A stretch of DNA of 64,000 nt, from NCBI GenBank assembly GCA_016220005.1, contig JACRIV010000025.1, positions 1,359-65,358 of the forward strand. The letters are read 5' to 3'. This document shows, piece after piece, positions 1-8,991 of this stretch. The position numbers and the translations under genes are program-made. The number at the start of each line of letters is the position of its first letter. Position 1 is the first letter of the stretch. The notes beneath the pieces are model-generated. The model had not been told where the DNA came from. It saw only the letters and a list, made by a program, of their open reading frames with translations, and made no database searches. The stretch is from Deltaproteobacteria bacterium (GTDB lineage: Bacteria; Desulfobacterota; Deferrimicrobia; Deferrimicrobiales; Deferrimicrobiaceae).

Positions 1-579
1 GTCGCCATCAACCAGAAAAACGTGAAGCGGCTCCTGGCCTACTCCTCCATCGCCCACGCCGGGTACATGCTGATGGGGTTCGTCCTCCTCACCCCGGTGG
101 GGCTCAGGGCGATCCTGTTCTACCTCGTGGTCTACCTGTTCATGAACCTGGGCGCCTTCTACGTGGTCATCCTGGTGGCCAATGGAACGAGGAGCGAGGA
201 GATCTCGGACTACTCCGGACTCGGGAGCCGGGCCCCCTTCGCCGCCGTCGCCCTGTCGGTCTTCCTCTTCGCCCTGACGGGGATCCCCCCGTTCTCCGGG
301 TTCATCGGGAAGGTCTACCTCTTCGCCGAGGTCATCAACCGGGGGGTCTACTGGCTGGCCGTGGTGGCGGCGCTCAACAGCGTCGTCTCCCTGTATTATT
401 ACGCTCGGATCGTCAAGGTCATGTTCCTGGAGGACCCCCGGGAGTCCGCCGTGCTTCCCGTCCCGGCGTTTCCCCGGGCGATGCTGTGCCTGCTGGTCCT
501 GCCGACGCTCGTTCTCGGGGTATACTGGGAGCCCGTGATCCGGGTAGCGGCAGACTCCGTCAAGCTTCTCGCTTTTTAG
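1..579 (+). CDS. NuoN-like proton-pumping antiporter subunit, C-terminal 192 codons; 5-prime end lies outside the window. A paralog of the nuoN at 12641-14116.
   Basis: Frame is open from nt 1 (VAINQKNVKRLLAYSSIAHAGYMLMGF...). It shares the LAYSSIAHAGY..., FYL(L)VY..FMN(I/L)GAFGVVIL and GIPP(T/F)..GF(V/I)GK(F/V)YLF motifs with the downstream NuoN. Confidence 0.75.
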   Translation, partial: VAINQKNVKRLLAYSSIAHAGYMLMGFVLLTPVGLRAILFYLVVYLFMNLGAFYVVILVANGTRSEEISDYSGLGSRAPFAAVALSVFLFALTGIPPFSGFIGKVYLFAEVINRGVYWLAVVAALNSVVSLYYYARIVKVMFLEDPRESAVLPVPAFPRAMLCLLVLPTLVLGVYWEPVIRVAADSVKLLAF

Positions 580-603
580 CACATCCGCAAGGGAAGGGGC
601 GCG

Positions 604-987
604 GTGGCGAACTTCGTTTCCTCCATCCGGTTCTCTGATCCGTACTTCTCGGTCCTTCTCATGCTGGGGATCGGCGTGGGGATGGCGGTGGCTTTCGTCT
701 TGCTCTCCCAGGCCCTCGGGCCCAAGCGGTACGACCGGGTCAAGTACAGCGTCTACGAATGCGGCGTCGACCCCTTCACCACCGCCTCGGTGCGCATCCC
801 GGTGAAGTTCTACCTGATCGCGCTGCTGTTCATCCTCTTCGACCTCGAGTCGGCGTTCATTTACCCGTGGGCGGTCCTGTTCCGGCAGCTCGGGTGGTTC
901 GGCTTCATCGAGATGGGGATCTTCATCCTGATTCTTTTGGCGGGCCTCATCTACGCGTGGAAAAAGGGAGCGCTGGAATGGCAATAG
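604..987 (+). CDS. nuoA: NADH-quinone oxidoreductase subunit A
   Basis: 127-aa protein with 3 TM helices carrying the conserved NuoA/ND3 motifs (KRYDRVKYSVYECG, FDLE..FIYPWA). First gene of an ordered nuoABCD... series. Confidence 0.9.
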   Translation: MANFVSSIRFSDPYFSVLLMLGIGVGMAVAFVLLSQALGPKRYDRVKYSVYECGVDPFTTASVRIPVKFYLIALLFILFDLESAFIYPWAVLFRQLGWFGFIEMGIFILILLAGLIYAWKKGALEWQ

Positions 988-1490
988 AGAAGCGTGTCGA
1001 AGGCGCCCCCCCTGGCGGCGGCTACGCCCTGACGACGCTCGAGGCGATGATCGCGTGGGGGCGCAAGTACTCGATCTACCCCTTCACCTTCGCGACCGCC
1101 TGTTGCGGGATCGAGGTGATGGGGGCGTTCGGCACGCACTACGACCTGTCCCGGTTCGGGGCGGAGGTCGTGCGGTTCTCCCCCCGGCAGGCGGACATGC
1201 TGCTCGTCGCCGGAACGATCAACTACAAGATGGCGCCGGTTCTGCTGCGGATCTACGAGCAGATGCTCGAGCCGAAGTGGGTCGTGGCGATGGGGGCCTG
1301 CGCGGCGTCGGGCGGCTTCTACAACAACTACAGCGTCCTCCAGGGGATCGACAAGATCATTCCGGTGGACGTGTACATCCCCGGGTGTCCGCCGAACCCC
1401 GAGGGGATCATCGACTCCGTCGTGGCCATCCAGAAGATACTGGAGACGGGCGCGCCCCGCGCCGCGGAGCGCTGGCCGATCAAGATCTGA
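978..1490 (+). CDS. nuoB: NADH-quinone oxidoreductase subunit B (N2 Fe-S cluster subunit)
   Basis: ATG at 978 overlaps the nuoA stop. Motifs FATACCGIEVM, CPPNPEG and GCPP are typical of NuoB/PSST. The track ORF 759-1490 has spurious N-terminal extension. Confidence 0.9.
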   Translation: MAIEKRVEGAPPGGGYALTTLEAMIAWGRKYSIYPFTFATACCGIEVMGAFGTHYDLSRFGAEVVRFSPRQADMLLVAGTINYKMAPVLLRIYEQMLEPKWVVAMGACAASGGFYNNYSVLQGIDKIIPVDVYIPGCPPNPEGIIDSVVAIQKILETGAPRAAERWPIKI

Positions 1491-1508
1491 AAGAACGGAC
1501 GAGGAGAG

Positions 1509-2000
1509 TTGGCCGGGCAAACCGACAGCATGGTGCTGAATAGACTTATCGAGAAGTTCGGCGACGCCGTGATCTCGACGCACTCCGGCTTCGGGGACGA
1601 AACCGCCCTGGTGCGCCGGGAGCGGATCGTGGAGATCTGCGCCTTCCTGCGGGACGACCCGGACCTGCTCTTCGATATGGCGATGGATCTCACGGGCGTG
1701 GACTACCTGGGCGAGACGCCCCGGTTCGAGGTGGTGTACCACCTCTATTCCCTTGCGAAGAAGCACCGGGTGCGGATCAAGGTTCGCCTCCACGAGGAGG
1801 ACCCGACGATCGATTCCGTGATCCCGGTCTGGGTCGGGATGGACTGGTTCGAGCGGGAGGCGTACGACATGTACGGCATCGTCTTCCGCAATCACCCGAA
1901 CCTGAAGCGAATCCTTTTGTACGAGGGGTTCGTCGGCCACCCGCTGCGCAAGGATTATCCGAAGGCCAAACGGCAGCCCACCGTGGGGCCGGAAGAGTGA
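1509..2000 (+). CDS. nuoC: NADH-quinone oxidoreductase subunit C (30 kDa)
   Basis: Carries the NuoC signature (VVYHLYS, WFEREAYDMYGIVF..HP). Start is uncertain: TTG at 1509 or ATG at 1530. Confidence 0.85.
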   Translation: MAGQTDSMVLNRLIEKFGDAVISTHSGFGDETALVRRERIVEICAFLRDDPDLLFDMAMDLTGVDYLGETPRFEVVYHLYSLAKKHRVRIKVRLHEEDPTIDSVIPVWVGMDWFEREAYDMYGIVFRNHPNLKRILLYEGFVGHPLRKDYPKAKRQPTVGPEE

Positions 2001-2001
2001 C

Positions 2002-3222
2002 ATGACGGAACTCGCCGGGACACGGAAATCGGGCGGAAAGCTCGACATGCAGAGCGAGCCGGTGATCCTGAACATCGGCCCCTCGCACCCCGCCACGCAC
2101 GCCACGCTCCGGTTCGTCGCCGAACTGGACGGGGAGACGATCCTCACGCTTACGCCGGAGTTCGGCTACCTGCACCGCTGCTTCGAGAAGGAGTCGGAGA
2201 ACGCCACCTGGACCCAGGTGATCCCGTACACCGACCGGCTGAACTACGTCTCCGCCCTGATGAACAACGTCGGGTACGTGATGGCGGTCGAGAAGCTGTG
2301 CGGGATCGAGGTCACGGAGCGCTGCAAGTACATCCGGGTGCTCATCTGCGAGCTGTCCCGGATCATCGACCACATGGTCTGCATCGGCACCAACATGGTC
2401 GACCTGGGGGCGCTGACCAACTTCTGGTACTTCTGGAAGCCCCGGGAAGAGGTCTACATGCACCTGATCGAGCCGCTGACGGGCACGCGGCTCACGAACC
2501 AGTACACCCGGATCGGCGGCCTGCAGTGGGACCTGCCGGAAGGCTGGGTCGAGAAGTGCCGGGACATTTGCCGTAACGTCGTCCTGCCGGCTATCGCGGA
2601 CGTCAACGCCCTCCTGACGAAGAACCGGATCTTCATCGAGCGGACCATGGGCGCCGGCCCCATCACCGCCAGGGAGGCGATCGCGCGCGGCTTCACGGGG
2701 CCGTGCCTGCGTGCCGCGGGGGTCCCCTTCGACCTGCGGAAGGACCAGACCTACCTCGTCTACGACCGGTTCGACTTCGACGTCCCCATAGGCGGGAACG
2801 GCGACACGTGCGACCGGTACATGGTCCGGATGGAGGAGATGCGCCAGTCGGTTCGGATCATCGAGCAGGCGCTCGACCGGCTCCCGGGCGGCCCGGTGAA
2901 CATCGACGACACCCGCTACATCCTTCCCGACAAGCAGCTCGTCTACACGAACATCGAAGCGCTGATGCAGCACTTCAAGTTCATCATGGAAGGGATCAAG
3001 GTCCCCGCCGGCGAGGTCTACTCGGCCACCGAGGCGGCCAACGGGGAGCTGGGCTACTACATCGTGAGCAAGGGGGGCGGCGGTCCTTACAAGATAAAGG
3101 TCAGGCCGCCGTGCTTCCCGCTGTTCCAGGGAATGCCGCACCTGTGCGAGGGGCAGATGATCGCGGACCTGGTCGCGGTGCTGGGCAGCGTCAACATCAT
3201 CGCCGGGGAGCTCGACCGGTGA
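2002..3222 (+). CDS. nuoD: NADH-quinone oxidoreductase subunit D (49 kDa)
   Basis: 406 aa with NuoD motifs (LNIGPSHPATHATLR, RIGG, the C-terminal loop). Starts 1 nt after the nuoC stop. Confidence 0.9.
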   Translation: MTELAGTRKSGGKLDMQSEPVILNIGPSHPATHATLRFVAELDGETILTLTPEFGYLHRCFEKESENATWTQVIPYTDRLNYVSALMNNVGYVMAVEKLCGIEVTERCKYIRVLICELSRIIDHMVCIGTNMVDLGALTNFWYFWKPREEVYMHLIEPLTGTRLTNQYTRIGGLQWDLPEGWVEKCRDICRNVVLPAIADVNALLTKNRIFIERTMGAGPITAREAIARGFTGPCLRAAGVPFDLRKDQTYLVYDRFDFDVPIGGNGDTCDRYMVRMEEMRQSVRIIEQALDRLPGGPVNIDDTRYILPDKQLVYTNIEALMQHFKFIMEGIKVPAGEVYSATEAANGELGYYIVSKGGGGPYKIKVRPPCFPLFQGMPHLCEGQMIADLVAVLGSVNIIAGELDR

Positions 3223-3692
3223 GCGTCGCCTTCTCCGACACGGCGCGGCGGGAGCTCGAGGAGATCCTGTCGCGCTACCCGAACAAGGAGGCGGCGATCC
3301 TGCCGGCCCTGCACCTGGCGCAGCGGGAGTTCGGATACGTCTCCGACGAGGCGATCGTGCACGTGGCGGAGCTTCTGGGGTTCACGCCGGCGCGGATCGA
3401 GGGGGTGGCGAGCTTTTACACGATGTACAACCGCAAGCCCGTGGGGAGGTACCACCTGCAGATCTGCCGCAACCTCTCCTGCTCCCTCCTGGGCGCCGAG
3501 CACCTGATCGAGCACGTTTCCAAGAAGCTCAGGATCAACCCGGGGGAGACCACGCCGGACGGGAAGTTCACCCTGTCGAAGGTGGAATGTCTGGGAAGCT
3601 GCGGCACCGCCCCGGTCATGCAGGTCAACGACGACTATCACGAGAACCTGACCGAGGAGAAGATCGACTCTCTCCTCGACAGGCTTCCCTAG
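3219..3692 (+). CDS. nuoE: NADH-quinone oxidoreductase subunit E (24 kDa, 2Fe-2S)
   Basis: GTG at 3219 overlaps the nuoD stop. Thioredoxin-like 2Fe-2S motifs C..C...C..C are present (ICRNLSC ... CLGSCGTAP). Confidence 0.85.
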   Translation: MSVAFSDTARRELEEILSRYPNKEAAILPALHLAQREFGYVSDEAIVHVAELLGFTPARIEGVASFYTMYNRKPVGRYHLQICRNLSCSLLGAEHLIEHVSKKLRINPGETTPDGKFTLSKVECLGSCGTAPVMQVNDDYHENLTEEKIDSLLDRLP

Positions 3693-3712
3693 CGGGACGG
3701 AACGGGACGACG

Positions 3713-4981
3713 ATGGAGACGGTCCTCACCACCCACTTCGCCGACGAGCGATACCGCCACGTCGACACGTACGTGCAGTACGGCGGGTACTCGGCGCTGC
3801 GCAAGGCGTTCTCTTGCCCCAAGGAGCGGATCGTCGAGGAGGTCAGGAAGGCGAACTTGCGCGGCCGCGGCGGCGCGGGATTCCCGGCGGGGGTCAAGTG
3901 GGGGTTTCTCCCGAAGGACCTCTCCCGGCCGCGGATCCTCGTGATCAACGCGGACGAGGGGGAGCCGGGGACGTTCAAGGACCGTCAGATCATGAGCAGG
4001 GGGCCCCACCTCCTGATCGAAGGGATCGCCATCGCCTCCTACGCCATGACGATTCATTCCACCTACATCTACATCCGGGGGGAGTTCGTCCGCGAGGCGA
4101 AGATCATGGAGGAGGCGGTCGCCGAGGCCTACGCGAAGGGGTTCTTGGGGAAAAACATCCTGGGATCCGGGTTCCACCTCGACGTTTACGTCCACCGCGG
4201 CGCGGGCGCCTACATCTGCGGCGAGGAGACCTCGCTCATCAACTCCCTCGAGGGGAAGCGGGGATGGCCCCGGATCAAGCCCCCCTTCCCGGCTTCGGTC
4301 GGCGCCTTTGGGCTGCCCACGATCGTGAACAACGTGGAGACGATCGCCGACGTGCCGTGGATCGTCAACAACGGCGGAGAGAAGTTCGCCTCCCTCGGGG
4401 TGGAGAAGAACGGCGGGACCCGCCTGATCGGCGTCAGCGGCCCGGTGAACCGGCCCGGCGTGTACGAGCTGTCGGCGGGGGTGCTCCTGCGGGAGGTCAT
4501 CTACACGCACGCCGGGGGCTTAAAGGACGGCAAGCAGCTCAAGGCGGTGATCCCCGGCGGGTCGTCCACCCCGGTCCTGCGTCCCGACGAGATCGACGTG
4601 ACCTTCGACATCGAGTCGATGGGGAAAATCGGGACGATGCCGGGGTCGGGCGGCGTCATCGTCATCCCGGAAGGCGCCTGCATGGTCCGGGCCCTCTCGG
4701 TGCTGATGAATTTCTACGCGCACGAGTCGTGCGGCCAGTGCACCCCGTGCCGCGAGGGCACCGGGTGGCTGGCCAAGATCGTGGGCCGCATCGAGAACGG
4801 GCAGGGGCGCGAGGGGGATATCGAGCTCATCCTGGACGTGTGCGACAACATGATGGGAAGGACGATCTGCCCGCTGGCCGACGCCGCGGTGATGCCCGCC
4901 CAGTCGTTCATCTGGAAGTTCCGCGAGGAGTTCGACCGGCACATCGCGGACAAAAAATGCCCGTTCGGGAATAAATTCTAG
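3713..4981 (+). CDS. nuoF: NADH-quinone oxidoreductase subunit F (51 kDa, FMN/NADH-binding, 4Fe-4S)
   Basis: Internal ATG at codon 43 of track ORF 3587-4981. Motifs GRGGAGFP, GAGAYICGEE and CGQCTPCREG are present. Confidence 0.9.
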   Translation: METVLTTHFADERYRHVDTYVQYGGYSALRKAFSCPKERIVEEVRKANLRGRGGAGFPAGVKWGFLPKDLSRPRILVINADEGEPGTFKDRQIMSRGPHLLIEGIAIASYAMTIHSTYIYIRGEFVREAKIMEEAVAEAYAKGFLGKNILGSGFHLDVYVHRGAGAYICGEETSLINSLEGKRGWPRIKPPFPASVGAFGLPTIVNNVETIADVPWIVNNGGEKFASLGVEKNGGTRLIGVSGPVNRPGVYELSAGVLLREVIYTHAGGLKDGKQLKAVIPGGSSTPVLRPDEIDVTFDIESMGKIGTMPGSGGVIVIPEGACMVRALSVLMNFYAHESCGQCTPCREGTGWLAKIVGRIENGQGREGDIELILDVCDNMMGRTICPLADAAVMPAQSFIWKFREEFDRHIADKKCPFGNKF

Positions 4982-4987
4982 GACCCT

Positions 4988-6586
4988 ATGCCGACCTTCA
5001 CCATCAACGGAATGACCGCATCGGTGCCCGATGGGACGATGATCCTCGAAGCCGCAAGGCAGATCGGCATCGAGATCCCCCACTACTGCTATCACCCGAA
5101 GCTCTCGATCGCCGGGAACTGCCGGATGTGCCTGGTGGAGGTGGAGAAGTTCCCCAAGCTGCAGATCTCCTGCAACACCGTCGTGACCGAGGGGATGGTG
5201 GTCCGCACCGACACGGAGAAGGTCAGGAAGGCGGTCACCGGGGTCCTGGAGCTGATGCTCATCCACCACCCGATCGACTGCCCCATCTGCGACCAGGCGG
5301 GCGAGTGCGGACTGCAGAACTACTACATGAAGTTCGGGCTCCACAAGAGCCGGTACGCCCTCGAGGAGAAGGTCCACAAGAAGAAGGTCCAGGACATCGG
5401 GGGGCAGATCGTCCTGGACGCCGAGCGGTGCATCCTCTGCTCCCGCTGCGTCCGCTTTCTCAGGGAGGTGACGGGAACGTGCGAGATGGAGTTCTTCAGC
5501 CGGAGCGACCACTCCGAGATCTCGATCTTCCCCGGCCGGCCGCTCAACAACAACTACACCGGGAACCTCGCGGACATCTGCCCGGTGGGGGCGCTGACGA
5601 ACAAGGACTTCCGGTTCAAGTGCCGCGTGTGGTTCCTCAAAAGCGCCGACTCGATCTGCCCGGGGTGCGCCAACGGGTGCAACGTCATGGCCGATTTCAA
5701 GGGGGACATCCTGTACCGGTTCCGGCCGCGGCGCAACGACGCCGTCAACCGGACCTGGCTGTGCGACGCAGGAAGGCTCGAGTACAAGAAGGCCAACGAT
5801 TACCGGCTGCTCACCCCCGTGATCCGGGAGGCGGGGCAGGCGATCGCCGCCGCATGGGACGCGGCCCTCTTCACGACCGCCCTGCGGTTGCGGGAAGCGA
5901 TCGAGGCGCACGGACCGGAATCGGTCGCCGTCATCGCCTCCCCCCAGTCATCCAACGAGGAGCTGTTCCTGGTCCGGAAGCTCGCGGCGGAGGTCGTCCG
6001 GACCCCCTACCTGGGATTTTCCTCCCTGACCCCCGGGAGGCGCCTCGAAGACGACTTCCTCATCAAGGCGGACAAGAACCCCAACTCGCAGGGGGCCAGG
6101 CTCCTGGGGATTACCGAGGAGGGGTTCGTCCGGACGGTCAAGGCGATCTCCGAAGGAAGGATACGGGCGCTGCTGGTCTTCGGAAGCGGGCTTGCCGATT
6201 TCTCCGACGGCGAGACGGTTGCGCTTCTGTCCCGCGTCCCGTTCGTGGCGCAGGTGGCGACGAACGAAGGGGCCCTCTCCCGGGCGGCCCACGCCGTCCT
6301 CCCCTCGGCGTCCTTCGCGGAGCGGGGGGGGACGTTCACCAACTTCGCGGGGCGTGTCCAGCGGTTCCAGCCCGGATTCCCGCCGCGCGGAAAGGCGAAG
6401 AACGACATCGAGGTGATCGCCGGCCTGGCCAACCAGTTGGGCGCCGGCTGGAAGTTCGCCGGCGAGGAGTCGGTGTTCCGCGCCCTGGCGGAGACGGCGC
6501 GGCCGTTCTCCGGGATGAGCTACGAATCGATCGGGGACCTGGGCCGGGAGGCCCGGGACGGCGGTCCCCCGTCAGGAGGGAGATGA
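4988..6586 (+). CDS. nuoG: NADH-quinone oxidoreductase subunit G, short form (532 aa)
   Basis: N-terminal 2Fe-2S ferredoxin and 4Fe-4S motifs (CRMCLVEV, HHPIDCPICDQAGEC, CILCSRCVRF) followed by a partial molybdopterin-like domain. The ORF is intact and sits between nuoF and nuoH. Confidence 0.85.
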   Translation: MPTFTINGMTASVPDGTMILEAARQIGIEIPHYCYHPKLSIAGNCRMCLVEVEKFPKLQISCNTVVTEGMVVRTDTEKVRKAVTGVLELMLIHHPIDCPICDQAGECGLQNYYMKFGLHKSRYALEEKVHKKKVQDIGGQIVLDAERCILCSRCVRFLREVTGTCEMEFFSRSDHSEISIFPGRPLNNNYTGNLADICPVGALTNKDFRFKCRVWFLKSADSICPGCANGCNVMADFKGDILYRFRPRRNDAVNRTWLCDAGRLEYKKANDYRLLTPVIREAGQAIAAAWDAALFTTALRLREAIEAHGPESVAVIASPQSSNEELFLVRKLAAEVVRTPYLGFSSLTPGRRLEDDFLIKADKNPNSQGARLLGITEEGFVRTVKAISEGRIRALLVFGSGLADFSDGETVALLSRVPFVAQVATNEGALSRAAHAVLPSASFAERGGTFTNFAGRVQRFQPGFPPRGKAKNDIEVIAGLANQLGAGWKFAGEESVFRALAETARPFSGMSYESIGDLGREARDGGPPSGGR

Positions 6587-6587
6587 C

Positions 6588-7688
6588 GTGAGCCCCCTCT
6601 TCGACCTTGCGGTGGCGGTGGCCCGGATCGCGGTGTTCATCTCCTTTTGCCTCGGCCTCGTGGTGATCCTCACGTGGGTGGAGCGCAAGGGCGCCGCCTA
6701 CATTCAGGACCGGAGGGGCCCCAACCGGGCGCGCATCCTGGGGCTTACCCTGGGGGGGATCTTCCACCCCCTGGCGGACGCGATCAAGTTCCTGTTCAAG
6801 GAGGACTTCATCCCCGACGGCGCCCACCGGCTCTTCTACCAGATGGCGCCGATGTTCGCGCTGGCCCCGGCGATCATGACGATGGCCGTCATCCCGTTCG
6901 GGCCGCCCGTAACGATCGCCGGCCACCAGATCCCTTTGCAGATCGCGGATCTCAACGTGGGGATCCTCTACCTGTTCGCCATCTCCGGGATGACGGTGTA
7001 CGGAGTAGTGCTCGCGGGATGGGCCTCCAACAGCAAGTATCCGCTCCTGGGGGGGTTGCGCTCCTCGGCGCAGATGCTCTCCTACGAGGTGTCGATGGGG
7101 CTCTCCGTCGTCGGGATCCTCATGGTGTTCCAGTCGGTCCAGCTCTCCGAGATCGCCCGGGGGCAGGGGGAGCTGCTCTTCGGAATCCTGCCGAAGTGGG
7201 GGGTCTTCGTCCAGCCGCTGGGGTTCATCCTGTTCCTCACGGCGCTGTACGCAGAGGCGAACCGGACCCCCTTCGATCTTCCCGAGGGGGAGTCCGAGCT
7301 CGTCGCCGGATACCACACCGAGTACGGCTCCTTCAAGTTCTCCATGTTCATGATGGCCGAGTACATCCACATGGTGGTGGGGTCGGCGGTCCTGGTCACG
7401 CTGTTCTTCGGCGGGTGGCAGTTCCCGTACCTGGCGGACGCGGGATTCGCGTTCCCCGGCGGCGTATCCTTCGCGGTTCCCGCCTGGGCCGTGCTCTCCT
7501 TGCGGATCGGGTCCTTCGTGGTCAAGACGGTCTTTTTCTGCTGGGTCTACGTCTGGGTCCGGTGGACGATCCCCCGGTTCCGGTACGACCAGGTCATGCG
7601 GCTGGGGTGGAAGGTGATGCTGCCCTTGGCGCTGATCAACATCTTCGTGACGGGGCTGGTCCTGCTCCTGATCGATAAAGGGATCTGA
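6588..7688 (+). CDS. nuoH: NADH-quinone oxidoreductase subunit H
   Basis: GTG start 1 nt after the nuoG stop. 8-TM protein carrying the NuoH/ND1 signature (RRGPNR, EYGSFKF, MAEY). Confidence 0.9.
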   Translation: MSPLFDLAVAVARIAVFISFCLGLVVILTWVERKGAAYIQDRRGPNRARILGLTLGGIFHPLADAIKFLFKEDFIPDGAHRLFYQMAPMFALAPAIMTMAVIPFGPPVTIAGHQIPLQIADLNVGILYLFAISGMTVYGVVLAGWASNSKYPLLGGLRSSAQMLSYEVSMGLSVVGILMVFQSVQLSEIARGQGELLFGILPKWGVFVQPLGFILFLTALYAEANRTPFDLPEGESELVAGYHTEYGSFKFSMFMMAEYIHMVVGSAVLVTLFFGGWQFPYLADAGFAFPGGVSFAVPAWAVLSLRIGSFVVKTVFFCWVYVWVRWTIPRFRYDQVMRLGWKVMLPLALINIFVTGLVLLLIDKGI

Positions 7689-7694
7689 AAAGCC

Positions 7695-8180
7695 ATGGCG
7701 ATCCGCGTGGTGAAAGTGGCGAGGCCCGAGAAGATGTCCTTCGGGGAGAGCGTCTATCTCCTCGAGATCGTGAAGGGGCTCGGCGTGACGATGCGGCACT
7801 TCCTGCGCAACATGGCCAGGCAGGAAAATATCCCGACGATCGAGTACCCCGAGGTGCGCCGGGTGATGCCGGCCCGGTTCCGGGGATGCCACCGGCTGAT
7901 GAAGCGGCCCGGCGGGGCCCCGCGCTGCGTGGCGTGCTACATGTGCGCCACCGCCTGCCCGGCCAAGTGCATCACCATCGTGGCGGGGGAGTCCCCCGAC
8001 CCGAAGATCGAGAAGTACCCCGTGCGGTTCGACATCGACATGCTTCGGTGCGTCTTCTGCGGGCAGTGCGTCGAGGCGTGCCCGGTCGACGCGATCCGGA
8101 TGGACACCGGCTGGTACACGATGCCGGAGAACACGCGCGAAAAGCTCATCTACACGATCGACATGCTGCTGGAGAAGTAG
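7695..8180 (+). CDS. nuoI: NADH-quinone oxidoreductase subunit I (2x4Fe-4S)
   Basis: Two CxxCxxCxxxCP ferredoxin motifs (CVACYMCATACP, CVFCGQCVEACP). Confidence 0.9.
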   Translation: MAIRVVKVARPEKMSFGESVYLLEIVKGLGVTMRHFLRNMARQENIPTIEYPEVRRVMPARFRGCHRLMKRPGGAPRCVACYMCATACPAKCITIVAGESPDPKIEKYPVRFDIDMLRCVFCGQCVEACPVDAIRMDTGWYTMPENTREKLIYTIDMLLEK

Positions 8181-8186
8181 GCGGAC

Positions 8187-8675
8187 ATGGAGCCGATCCT
8201 CTTCGTAATCTTCGGAGCGATCGCCGTGGGCGGGGCGATCATGGTGGTGACGCGGCGCCACCCGATGGCCTCCGCGCTCTACCTCATCCTGACGCTCTTC
8301 GCCGTGGCGGCGCTCTTCGTCCTGCGGCAGGCCCACTTCCTGGCGGCGATCCAGGTCATCGTCTACGCGGGGGCGGTCGTGGTCCTGTTCATCTTCGTCA
8401 TCATGCTGATCAACGTCCCCGTGCACAAGCTCCCCGTGGAGCGTGTGACGGGGCTGCGGTTCCTGGGGGTCCTCGCCGCGGGGCTGCTCATCCTCGAGTC
8501 CGCCGTGTTGACCCGGCGGTTCGCGATGCCCCGGGCGTCCGCCGTCGACGCGGGAAGCGTCCAGGCGGTAGGGAAAGCGCTGTTCACCGACTATCTGCTC
8601 GCCTTCGAGATCACCTCGGTGCTGCTGCTCGCGGCGGTGATCGGGGCGATCGCGCTGGCGAAAAAGAAGATCTGA
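8187..8675 (+). CDS. nuoJ: NADH-quinone oxidoreductase subunit J
   Basis: 162-aa hydrophobic protein at the nuoJ position, with a NuoJ-like TM pattern. Confidence 0.85.
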   Translation: MEPILFVIFGAIAVGGAIMVVTRRHPMASALYLILTLFAVAALFVLRQAHFLAAIQVIVYAGAVVVLFIFVIMLINVPVHKLPVERVTGLRFLGVLAAGLLILESAVLTRRFAMPRASAVDAGSVQAVGKALFTDYLLAFEITSVLLLAAVIGAIALAKKKI

Positions 8676-8688
8676 TGGAGATTGCGGG

Positions 8689-8991
8689 ATGATGGAACCG
8701 GCGGCCTATCTGTTGCTCTCCGGGATCCTGTTCGGAATCGGGGTGGTGGGCGTCGTGGCGCGCAAGAACGCCCTTATCATCCTGATGAGCGTGGAGATCA
8801 TGCTGAACGGCGTCAACGTGGCTTTCATCGCCGTGGGGTCCCACCTGGGCGACGTCACCGGCTCGGTGTTCGCCTTCATGGTGATGACCGTGGCCGCGGC
8901 CGAGGCGGCGGTAGGGCTGGCGATCCTCATCGCCATCTACCGGCTCAAGGAGACGATCGACATCACGGAACTGAACGTGCTCAAATGGTAG
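8689..8991 (+). CDS. nuoK: NADH-quinone oxidoreductase subunit K
   Basis: 100-aa, 3-TM protein with conserved Glu residues in TM2/3 ([25 protein letters not shown]). Confidence 0.9.
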   Translation: MMEPAAYLLLSGILFGIGVVGVVARKNALIILMSVEIMLNGVNVAFIAVGSHLGDVTGSVFAFMVMTVAAAEAAVGLAILIAIYRLKETIDITELNVLKW

